From NCBI GenBank assembly GCA_031266915.1, contig JAISAB010000002.1:76738-140737 (forward strand): DNA of 64,000 bases, written 5' to 3'. The first letter of the stretch is position 1, and each line of letters opens with the position of its first letter. The notes beneath the pieces were generated by a model that did no database searches, was not told the DNA's origin, and was given only the letters and a program-made list of their open reading frames with translations. Below are positions 1 through 8,114 of the stretch, one piece after another. The position numbers and the translations under genes are program-made. The stretch comes from Rickettsiales bacterium. GTDB lineage: Bacteria > Pseudomonadota > Alphaproteobacteria > Rs-D84.

Positions 1-66
1 TTTTTAAATCTTAAATCTGAATCCAAGTATGCGAGGAACGAGCAATTACGAGGATACGAGAGCAAA

Positions 67-570
67 GTGAGCGAAATCATAAATCTTAAATTATTTATGC
101 TTGTCTTTATCGGAATGGCAACCGTCGTACTGTCCGGGCCGTCACAGGCCGAAATCGCATCCAAGTCTTATGTGGATAGTCTGGCCGCGGCCGGCGGCGG
201 GACCATCGGCGGCGGTTCCGTCCCGTCGTGGGCCGTGCTGAAAGACGCGAACTGGGTATCGCCGAATTGGGGCGATATATGGGAAGTGGTTTCAGCCGAC
301 GGCGCATATAAAGCCGAAGGCGTCGCGGCATGTCTGTCAACAAAAGACAAATCCGGCAACGCCCCGGCTGACAGTGCATTCGGAGCTAATTGCTGGTGCA
401 AAATATTGGCTGTAAATAATGTAATTGTTTCTGGCGCCTGGGTGTTTGCTTACACGGACACCTTAGGGGCTTCGGCTTGCTACGCGCGTTGCGCGTTTGA
501 TTGTTCTTTTTGCGTTCGCAATAACGGAAGCAATTCGTGCACACGCGCCGCGCTGTTCGCCACGCAATGA
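67..570 (+). CDS. hypothetical small secreted cysteine-rich protein
   Basis: 167-aa ORF with an N-terminal hydrophobic signal-like segment (LFMLVFIGMATVVLSGPSQA). The C-terminal third is Cys-rich (CWC, C..C..C). No recognisable family. Confidence 0.5.
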   Translation: MSEIINLKLFMLVFIGMATVVLSGPSQAEIASKSYVDSLAAAGGGTIGGGSVPSWAVLKDANWVSPNWGDIWEVVSADGAYKAEGVAACLSTKDKSGNAPADSAFGANCWCKILAVNNVIVSGAWVFAYTDTLGASACYARCAFDCSFCVRNNGSNSCTRAALFATQ

Positions 571-689
571 TAACAAAGAGTAAAGAATAGAGAATAAAGA
601 ATAGATATGGCGCTATCGCTTGTTTCCTAAAATGGCTTTTTAAAAGCCTTTTTTTATGGTATAATCATTGCAACAAAAGGAGTTTTCCC

Positions 690-1913
690 ATGAGAAAGCA
701 ATTGTCTTTATTTATATGGGCCGTCACGGTTTTCGGAATGTCGCCAGTGTGGGCGGCGACGAACTCGGGCGCGTATGGCGCGTCCAGCGCGGACCTGACC
801 GGCGCGCCGGGAATACGCGAAAAAACAAGCGTCAATTATGAAAAGTATGAAACGCGGACATCGGCCAAGACATATGCGGCCAAGGACGGCAAGGACATTT
901 ATTACACCCAACCCGCGAAAAGAAGCGATTTGTACAAAGAATATTCGTCCAAATCGTCGTCTGCGCAATCGGCATCCGTACGCGCGAATCGCGCGGAAAC
1001 CGTCCGCAGCGAGGCCAAGCGCAAATACTATCTGGCGCATCCGTTCTTCCAGCCTTTGCAAGGCAAGTTCGGTTCCGTAACCGATTTGTCGTACGGGGCG
1101 GGTTCTTATGACTTTGCCATAAACCAGACGTATGTTCCGCCGTTGTCCAGTCCGTTAAGCGACACCGAGGCAAAATGGAAATCCACGCAGCTGTCGGTCA
1201 AAGAAGATTTCAGCTATGGCATAACCGATCGTTTGGCGGTGATGGGCATGCTCCGCTATGATTCGTCCAAGTACAAGATGGATTGGAAAAATCCGGCCAC
1301 ACCGGACGACACCATGTCGGATTCCGGCGTCAACCTGTACGGTTTGGGACTGCAGTGGCGCTTTACGGACAGCGCGGAATGGATTGCGACGCTGTCGGGA
1401 TATTATCAAAAGCATGTCGATGTGGCCAATATCGGCCTGGTGGACCTGAGGGGCGGATACAAGGTCGCGTCTTCCACCATATACGGATTGGCGCGCGGAT
1501 GGATAATCGGCTTTGATGGAAACGCGCACGGCAACGGGATTGAAAAAGGCGATGCCGGTTTGTTCATCGCTTATAAAATGGGCGAAAAAACGGCGACCTA
1601 TATCGAGGGCGGACTGGGAATCTTCAGCGTCCTGGACGAAGATTGGACTCTGAATTTCGAAGGCGTATTCGGAAATTATGACTGGCACAACCAGGCGTCG
1701 CTGAAGGCGGCGATTGGCTGGCAGCCCGGAAATTCGTTCGCCCTGAATCTGTACGGTACGGCCGCCGTTTACGACAGTGTGGACGGTCAAGACTTGGATG
1801 TCTATTGGAAAGAACCAGCCGCAAATATCAACAATTATACGCGCATCGGAACGGCCGCAATCGACAACTATTCAGAATGGACGGTCGGCCTGCAGGCAAC
1901 TTTGTATTTTTAA
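690..1913 (+). CDS. putative outer-membrane beta-barrel protein (signal peptide, C-terminal aromatic residue)
   Basis: 407-aa ORF. The signal peptide MRKQLSLFIWAVTVFGMSPVWAAT is followed by alternating hydrophobic/Gly-Tyr-rich strands, and the protein ends in ...ATLYF, a terminal Phe typical of OMPs. An RBS-like aaaggag lies upstream. Confidence 0.55.
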   Translation: MRKQLSLFIWAVTVFGMSPVWAATNSGAYGASSADLTGAPGIREKTSVNYEKYETRTSAKTYAAKDGKDIYYTQPAKRSDLYKEYSSKSSSAQSASVRANRAETVRSEAKRKYYLAHPFFQPLQGKFGSVTDLSYGAGSYDFAINQTYVPPLSSPLSDTEAKWKSTQLSVKEDFSYGITDRLAVMGMLRYDSSKYKMDWKNPATPDDTMSDSGVNLYGLGLQWRFTDSAEWIATLSGYYQKHVDVANIGLVDLRGGYKVASSTIYGLARGWIIGFDGNAHGNGIEKGDAGLFIAYKMGEKTATYIEGGLGIFSVLDEDWTLNFEGVFGNYDWHNQASLKAAIGWQPGNSFALNLYGTAAVYDSVDGQDLDVYWKEPAANINNYTRIGTAAIDNYSEWTVGLQATLYF

Positions 1914-1966
1914 TTCGCTTCGCCAATTAAAAATACAGTTAACAGATAACAGAGCACAGATAACAA

Positions 1967-2704
1967 ATGGTTTGCGGAACGTTTTTTTTGTCGAAAGTCG
2001 CAAAACAATTATCAATTGTTATCTGTTCATTGTTAATTGTTAATTATTCCAATGCGCAAAGCGCATTGGAATACGACATGGCCGACCCGATGTTTCTGAC
2101 GAAATCCGGCGACATTTGGTCCGATTCCAGCCTGCTGTTCAACAGCGATGTTCTGCGTCTGGCCCAAAAATTGTCGTACGGCGTGGGTGACAAGCTGTCG
2201 ATTGCGGCGGATATAAAATACCAGCAGGATTTTAACGGTCCCGAAGACGGCTTTTCCAATATCGGTGTCGGCGGCGTTTACAGATTATCGGACGTCGGTT
2301 CGAAAATCGTGACCGACGCGTTATTCGGGATAAATTTCGGCGGCGCAAAACGCGTCCGCGAGCCGGATTTCGCCGATACCATTTATCAAGCGGGCGTCCG
2401 GCTGGGGCGCCAGTGGTCCAGACTCACGCTGGCCGGAACAATCAAGACCAGCTGGATTTTTGACGAGAACCGCGGCATGGCATATATCGACGTCATCCCC
2501 GATGTCTACATCCGCCTGACCGACAGCTGGATGACCGGATTCGGGTTTGATATACGCAAATCGACCAATCCGAACTTTGACCGGCAATGGGCGAATTTCA
2601 AATTGGTCCGCCAATACGGCCGCACGCAGTACATGGGCCATGTGGATTATGAATTCGAAAATCGGAACTGGCAGTTCGGCGCAAAGGTCGATATATTGTT
2701 CTAG
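1967..2704 (+). CDS. putative outer-membrane beta-barrel protein (paralog-like of 690..1913)
   Basis: 245-aa ORF with a signal-like N-terminus (...SLLIVNYSNAQSA). It has a similar GxG/YxY-rich composition and ends in ...VDILF. The start codon is uncertain. Confidence 0.45.
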   Translation: MVCGTFFLSKVAKQLSIVICSLLIVNYSNAQSALEYDMADPMFLTKSGDIWSDSSLLFNSDVLRLAQKLSYGVGDKLSIAADIKYQQDFNGPEDGFSNIGVGGVYRLSDVGSKIVTDALFGINFGGAKRVREPDFADTIYQAGVRLGRQWSRLTLAGTIKTSWIFDENRGMAYIDVIPDVYIRLTDSWMTGFGFDIRKSTNPNFDRQWANFKLVRQYGRTQYMGHVDYEFENRNWQFGAKVDILF

Positions 2705-2807
2705 CCGCGGCGCGTTGGTAGTCGGCAATCCGTAATTGCTGGTTCGCGCCATGTTCGTGCTATGAATCGCACGCGCCGATTTGTTCGGCAAAAGCGGATA
2801 AATTTTT

Positions 2808-3046
2808 AAGCTCAACTGACATCGAATGTATCTTTTGTGGTGCCAAAAACTCAAGATTCGTCATACTGGCCACCGGGCCCCGCGAAAAACGACTGTTTTT
2901 CATGGGTGGTCTAAGCTGGTATGACGATGTGTGTTGTTCTCGGTTTTTTTGAAAAACAATAATCAATAGTTTTTCAAAATTCAATGCCGGTATGACGGCA
3001 AGAGAAAAGAATTTCGAAAAAGGTAAATTCGATGTCAGTTGAGCCT
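2808..3046. mobile_element. MITE-like palindromic element, copy A (28-bp terminal inverted repeats gctcaactgaca..gaatg / ..attc..tgtcagttgagc)
   Basis: The termini gctcaactgacatcgaatgtatctttt (2810-) and aaaaaggtaaattcgatgtcagttgagc (-3045) are inverted copies. The internal caagattcgtcatactggc and ccggtatgacggcaag are also inverted. The element is homologous to copies at 41195-41392 and 44649-44838 and to a truncated copy near 12570-12650. Confidence 0.6.
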
Positions 3047-3738
3047 TATAATTGCGGCGTTTTTCTTTTTAGCCCGACAGCCAGCACAATAGAATTCCCA
3101 ATACTTTTCATTTTTTTCTTTATTACAACTTTGTTTATACCATTCAAATAATTATTACTATTATAATGTAAATAGCTATTTACTCTATCCAGCAATTTAT
3201 TTGTCTTTGTTAGTGCACGATGTTCGTTATCAATCGGTGCTGGTTTATTCCGCCAAACATCAACCGGTGACAAATCCCCATTGTCCAAACGTTTTTTATA
3301 GGATTCAAGCTCAATTGTATAATCGGTAAGATTGGCGCCTTGTAATTCCGTATCATTCAGTTTGCTTAGGTATTTCAGCCTGTTCTCTATCATAAGAACT
3401 TCCAAAAGTTCAAACCATCGCTGTGTGGGAAACAAATCGTCTTCCATCAATTTTTTCTTTTTGGCATTTTTCTGCCGTTCTATCAAAATACCCCGTTTTT
3501 CTAATTCGGATTTTTTCAAAAGCCCCATTATTTCTATGCCATTTAAAATCGATGGCCAGTAATCTTTTCCAGAAGCCGGAATATTAAAGTCAGAACGTCT
3601 ATTTAGCTTATCGTTGCTTCTTTGGGAAATATGTGTAAAAAGCCGCTTTGCGTCAGTTATATAATCAACAGGTGTTCCCAATAATTCAATCTCGGATTGG
3701 CCAATAATTTCTTTTTTTGTTTTATTAGTTTTTGACAT
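3046..3738 (-). CDS. hypothetical protein on an AT-rich islet (Lys/Asn-rich)
   Basis: The probable start is MSKTNKTKKE..., 48 codons inside the longer ORF 3046..3882. The region is strongly AT-rich compared with neighbouring genes. The gene abuts the MITE terminus at 3045 and lies downstream of rarA on the same strand. Confidence 0.5.
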   Translation of the reverse strand: MSKTNKTKKEIIGQSEIELLGTPVDYITDAKRLFTHISQRSNDKLNRRSDFNIPASGKDYWPSILNGIEIMGLLKKSELEKRGILIERQKNAKKKKLMEDDLFPTQRWFELLEVLMIENRLKYLSKLNDTELQGANLTDYTIELESYKKRLDNGDLSPVDVWRNKPAPIDNEHRALTKTNKLLDRVNSYLHYNSNNYLNGINKVVIKKKMKSIGNSIVLAVGLKRKTPQL

Positions 3739-3797
3739 ATATAACCTCGTATCTATGTTGGGTCTATTATAGTTCAAAATCACGCAAAAAACAATGT

Positions 3798-5210
3798 TTA
3801 TTTCGCGCCGTTGGATGATATGATTTGGTCCCGAGCCTGGCCCGCCGTCTTCGGGGCCGTTTTCCAGCGCATGGAATCCCAATAATCCAGGCGCTTTTTT
3901 ATTTCGCGCTCGAATCCGATTTCTTTGGGATGATAGAAAGTCTGACGCCCCATTCCATCAGGGAAACAATTTTGGCCGGAAAATCCGGAATCTGTTTCCG
4001 GTTCATAAACATACCCGGAACCGTATCCCAAATTCTTCATCATTTTTGTCGGCGCGTTCAGGATATTCTTCGGCGGCATCAGGCTGCCGGTGGCACCGGC
4101 AGCCGCATAGGCCGATTTTTGCGCTTTGTAATTTCCGGTGCTTTTCGGCGCGGTCCCAAGATAGATGACCAATTGGGTCAGTGCCAAGTCGCCCTCAGGC
4201 GACCCCATTCTTTCGTAAACCTGCCATGCGGCCAGCGCAATCTGCATGGCGCTGGGGTCGGCCAGGCCAATATCCTCCATCGCGAACCGCGTTAGGCGGC
4301 GGAACAGATACATCGGGTCCTGGCCGGACGTCATCATGCGCGCGGTCCAGTAAAGCGCGGCGTCGGTGTCGCTGGCGCGCAGGGACTTGTGAACGGCCGA
4401 AATCAGGTTGTAATGTTCGTCGCCGCTTTTGTCGGATAGCGGCGCGCGCTTTTGAATGGCGTTGTCCAATTCGTCCGGCGACAAATCGTTCTTGAAATTG
4501 GCCGACATCAGATATTCGATGGTGTTCAGCAGGAACCGGGCGTCGCCGTCGGCCATCCGGACCAAGTGAATTCGCGCCTCGGGCGTCAGCGGCAAATGTC
4601 CAACGTTCGAAGCGCAAGATTCAATTTTTGTTTTCTTTTTACCTGCGCTCTGCGCCTTGCGCTCTACGCTCTTTTCGCCTTGCTGCGCGGTGAAATAACG
4701 TTCCGCGCGTTCCATCAGATTCAGCAAATCTTCGGCGGACAGCGGGGTCAATACCCCGATATGACAGCGCGACAGCAACGCGTTGTTCAGATTAAAGCTG
4801 GGGTTTTCGGTGGTCGCGCCGATAAAGACGACCGTTCCGTCCTCTAGATACGGCAGCAGGGTGTCCTGCTGCGTCTTGTTGAATCTGTGGATTTCGTCGA
4901 TAAACAACAGCGTGTTTCGGCCGATTTGACGCCGCATCTTGGCGGCCTCTACCGCCTTTTTAATATCGGCGGTGCCGCTGAAAACCGCGCTCATCGGGAC
5001 GAAGTCCATGTCGACGGAATTCGCCAATGCGCGCGCAATCGTGGTCTTGCCGCATCCCGGCGGCCCCCACAGCAGCAGGTTCGACAGGCGTTTGTTGTCC
5101 ACCATGTGGCGCACCAGGCCGTTTTCCCCCAGCAGGGCGGCTTGGCCCACGATTTCGTCGATGGTGTTCGGACGCATGATGTCCGCAAGCGGTCGGGTCG
5201 ATGGTTCCAT
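3798..5210 (-). CDS. rarA: replication-associated recombination protein A (AAA+ ATPase RarA/MgsA)
   Basis: The N-terminus PLADIMRPNTIDEIVGQAALLGENG, Walker A GPPGCGKTT and the LLFIDEIHRFNK motif are present. The C-terminal MgsA helical domain (ALYWTARMMTSGQDP, YVYEPE) is present. There is an extra ~25-aa Lys-rich segment, discussed in findings. Confidence 0.9.
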   Translation of the reverse strand: MEPSTRPLADIMRPNTIDEIVGQAALLGENGLVRHMVDNKRLSNLLLWGPPGCGKTTIARALANSVDMDFVPMSAVFSGTADIKKAVEAAKMRRQIGRNTLLFIDEIHRFNKTQQDTLLPYLEDGTVVFIGATTENPSFNLNNALLSRCHIGVLTPLSAEDLLNLMERAERYFTAQQGEKSVERKAQSAGKKKTKIESCASNVGHLPLTPEARIHLVRMADGDARFLLNTIEYLMSANFKNDLSPDELDNAIQKRAPLSDKSGDEHYNLISAVHKSLRASDTDAALYWTARMMTSGQDPMYLFRRLTRFAMEDIGLADPSAMQIALAAWQVYERMGSPEGDLALTQLVIYLGTAPKSTGNYKAQKSAYAAAGATGSLMPPKNILNAPTKMMKNLGYGSGYVYEPETDSGFSGQNCFPDGMGRQTFYHPKEIGFEREIKKRLDYWDSMRWKTAPKTAGQARDQIISSNGAK

Positions 5211-5281
5211 TGTTTTACTTTGATTTTACTTGGGCTTTATTTGTGATATAATGACTGTAATATAAAAAACAAGAAAAGAAA

Positions 5282-5662
5282 ATGAAAAATACGAATCATG
5301 AATTACTGGCCGCGACCCGCGAATTTACCCTGGCGGTGGCCAACCTGGCCGCGGCCGCGATGTCCGGCAATCCGGCGATGTCGATGGCGGATGCTGTGCG
5401 GCAGGCGACCGATTCCCTGCGCCGCGCGTCGGTGACGCCCGCCCGGATAAAAGAATCGGTCAGGCCCGATAAGATTCAGTGCTTGGAGGACGAAACCTGG
5501 CACATCATGCTGCGTCGGTATATAAAGCGAAAATTCAACTTGACGCCCGAACAGTATCGCAAGAAATGGGGCCTGGCGGACGATTATCCTTTCGTTGCGC
5601 CGAACTATTCGAAGATGCGTTCGAAAATCGCCAAGAAAACAGGACTTGGAAAGGGGAAATGA
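5282..5662 (+). CDS. mucR: MucR/Ros family transcriptional regulator
   Basis: The C-terminal ...YIKRKFNLTPEQYRKKWGLADDYPFVAPNYSKMRSKIAKK matches the Ros/MucR DNA-binding domain signature (HGLTPeeYRekWgLp.DYPmVAPnY). The zinc ligands are partly degenerate. This family is specific to Alphaproteobacteria. Confidence 0.8.
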   Translation: MKNTNHELLAATREFTLAVANLAAAAMSGNPAMSMADAVRQATDSLRRASVTPARIKESVRPDKIQCLEDETWHIMLRRYIKRKFNLTPEQYRKKWGLADDYPFVAPNYSKMRSKIAKKTGLGKGK

Positions 5663-5665
5663 GCC

Positions 5666-7555
5666 ATGATTAAGAAAACCGTTAGGAAAGCCAGGAATTA
5701 TTTCGACCAATCGAAGACGGTCAAAAAGCTGGGCGCGGGATTTGAAAAAATTCCATCCGGTCTGGGCCGTGCGCGCAGAAAACTGGCGCGCGCGGACGCG
5801 AAAACCTGGTACGGAAAAACGGGAAAATGGACGGGCGCCGGTTTGCTGCTGGCGCTGCAGGCCGCGGCAAAAGTCGTCAAAATTATGGGCGTGGACAATC
5901 TGGTGCTGCGCGCGGTCGAGATTGAGTTCGCGACAATCAAACCCGGGAAAAATAAAAAAGGCAACGACAAGAAGTTCGCCACGTTTATAAAAAAACATCC
6001 GTGGATTCCGGCCTATCTGACAAACTATATGATTATGGCGTCATTTTTGTTCGGCGCCAACGTCGGCGGCATACGCGACGGCGCCGTCGACGGGATAAAA
6101 TCCGGCGTGGAAAGCCTGAAAGACTATTTTTCAAAGGACAAGGAAAGCGGAGAAAAAATAGACATTTCAACCATGAAAATGACCGGCGCCCAGTGGTGCA
6201 AAACGGATTTTGTGAACGCGCTGTGCGTGGCGATTCCGCTGGTGTTCGAAGAATGCTATACGACCGCAAAGCTGACATCTGAACGCGGCGGCGTATATAA
6301 CATCGGATATTGCATGACCCGTATGCCCGCGAATAAAAGCAAACCGTACGGCAAATGGCGCAAGGTCAGAAAAGGGGATACCTGTACCGAGGAACAAGCG
6401 GCCCTGTGGGCGGCCGTTTACAGTCAGAAAAATATTTTCCCGACTATCAGCGAGAAACTGACCGTCGAAGTGTCCTGCGGAATGATTTTGGCGCTGGCGG
6501 ACTTGTCTTATAATGCCGGCGCATTGGGTGTCATGATTGCGCGTTTGAACGACGGCTGGACCGAAGAACGTGTCCTGAACAGGATGTTGGAATACCGATA
6601 TGCGAAAATAAAAAACGAAAAAACAGGCAAAATGGTTCCCATAATTTTGGACGGTCTGATAGTCCGCCGCTGGTGGGATTATGCGGCCGGCCATAATAAA
6701 TTGGATTACGAAAAACTGTTGGACTGCAATCTGACGGCCGTATCGCAAATAGGCAGCGGCAACCTTTATTCGGATAAAGCAAAATACAAACCAATCATAA
6801 CCGATAAAAAAGTCGAACAGGTTTTAACCGCAAGCGTCCCGGGCAAACCAAGCGTCCGCGATATATTCAGCCGAAGCGAAACCGGCAGAAAATACATCGC
6901 GTCGATAGAAAATGCCGATGTCAGCATAGCAAAGACAGCCGAACCGGTTGAGGCAATAGAACAGGATTCGGAAAGCTATCTGGTCAATAATATCGCGTTC
7001 GAGGCGCAGACGGCTTTTGACAAAGGGCACTATAAAATCGCTGCGGACAAATTCAGGAAAATGATTGAACTGGTCCCGGACGCGTATGATTCTTACAATG
7101 ATTTGATATTCACGTTATATAAACTTGGAAATTACGACGAAGGCTTGAAATACGCCAGAATACTGATAGACCTGGGCCACGCCAATGATGTCAGCGAGGA
7201 TAAAATGTTCGGCTCGGCTTATTTTAACGCCGGTCTTTGCCGCGAAGCCAAGGGCGAATTGGAAAAGGCGAGGGCGAATTACGAGACCGCATCGCTTAGA
7301 ATGCCGAACAATATATTCGTAAAAAATGCCTTGGACAGAATTGATAAAAAGATAAAAGAACAAAACGATAAGAAACGTAAAAGCGGCAACAGCGGCAAGA
7401 AAAAAAGCGCTGGGGCGACAACGTCGGCAAAGTCTAAATTCAATCGTGCGTCTTCTAAAATAAAGAACGTGGTCGCAGAGGTCAAACCTGAAAAGGGCAG
7501 CACGTTCGATGCGACGTATTTTTTCATAAACCCCTACGATAATGGCATGGCGTGA
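5666..7555 (+). CDS. membrane-anchored GH24 (phage-type) lysozyme-like domain protein with C-terminal TPR repeats and Lys-rich tail
   Basis: The segment FEECYTTAKLTSERGGVYNIGYCMT...GDTCTEEQAALW...ILALADLSYNAGALG...GLIVRRWWDYAAG aligns motif by motif with T4/lambda lysozyme (catalytic E..D/T-EG-Y.IG.GH, TEEQA, the helix-loop FNvG, GL..RR..E). There is a hydrophobic N-proximal segment (WTGAGLLLALQAAAKVVKIMG). The C-terminal region contains TPR-like repeats (YNDLIFTLYKLGNYDEGLKYA... ELEKARANYETA). Confidence 0.65.
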   Translation: MIKKTVRKARNYFDQSKTVKKLGAGFEKIPSGLGRARRKLARADAKTWYGKTGKWTGAGLLLALQAAAKVVKIMGVDNLVLRAVEIEFATIKPGKNKKGNDKKFATFIKKHPWIPAYLTNYMIMASFLFGANVGGIRDGAVDGIKSGVESLKDYFSKDKESGEKIDISTMKMTGAQWCKTDFVNALCVAIPLVFEECYTTAKLTSERGGVYNIGYCMTRMPANKSKPYGKWRKVRKGDTCTEEQAALWAAVYSQKNIFPTISEKLTVEVSCGMILALADLSYNAGALGVMIARLNDGWTEERVLNRMLEYRYAKIKNEKTGKMVPIILDGLIVRRWWDYAAGHNKLDYEKLLDCNLTAVSQIGSGNLYSDKAKYKPIITDKKVEQVLTASVPGKPSVRDIFSRSETGRKYIASIENADVSIAKTAEPVEAIEQDSESYLVNNIAFEAQTAFDKGHYKIAADKFRKMIELVPDAYDSYNDLIFTLYKLGNYDEGLKYARILIDLGHANDVSEDKMFGSAYFNAGLCREAKGELEKARANYETASLRMPNNIFVKNALDRIDKKIKEQNDKKRKSGNSGKKKSAGATTSAKSKFNRASSKIKNVVAEVKPEKGSTFDATYFFINPYDNGMA

Positions 7556-7995
7556 TGAAAGTCGTAGCAAATTATAATGACAACCGCTGGCGGAAATACA
7601 AAATCGACTTCGCGCGCATCGCGCGCATGGCGGCCAGTTCTATGCGCAAAGATTCCGAGGTTTCGATTATTCTGACCAACGACGTCGAGGTTCGCGCCCT
7701 GAACAAGCGATACCGCGGGATTAACAAGGCGACAAATGTGCTGTCTTTTGAAACGGGCGACGACCAATTGTTGGGCGATATATTTATCTCGTTCGACACG
7801 GTTTCGCGTGAGGCCATGGGCGACGGCAAGACATTCCAAGACCACGCCGCACATATGGTCGTGCACGGCATGTTGCATTTGCTGGGGTATGACCATATGA
7901 ATGATTCTGATGCGGACACGATGGAAAATCTGGAGATTAAAATATTAAGGAAACTGGGCGTGAGTAATCCGTATGAACAAATAAAAGGAACGAGG
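7552..7995 (+). CDS. ybeY: endoribonuclease YbeY domain; no in-frame stop, so it reads through into lnt as a single 704-codon ORF 7552..9666
   Basis: The metal-binding motif HMVVHGMLHLLGYDH and the surrounding YbeY consensus are present. The expected C-terminus (~148 aa) coincides with the start of a palindromic repeat element (7986-8114), and no stop codon precedes lnt. Confidence 0.85.
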
Positions 7996-8114
7996 AACGG
8001 GAACAAGGAACCCGCCTTCGCCAAGGCTACGGCGGGCAGGCGGGAACGTGGAATGGGGCATAATACAAAGTTTCCAGTTCCTTGTTCCTGTTCCTTATTT
8101 CTGTTCCTTATTCC
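7986..8114. repeat. palindromic repeat element (RPE-like), copy 1, at the ybeY/lnt junction, in frame
   Basis: The sequence ggaacgggaacaaggaacccgccttcgccaaggctacggcgggcaggcgggaac ... gtttccagttccttgttcctgttcc has inverted arms and an inner hairpin cccgcc..ggcggg. It is about 85 percent identical to the copy at 8213-8316. Confidence 0.6.

Noticed and set aside
2321-2854. 177-aa ORF on minus strand
   Set aside because: It lies largely antisense to the 1967..2704 OMP-like gene and extends into the MITE, with no RBS or family similarity.
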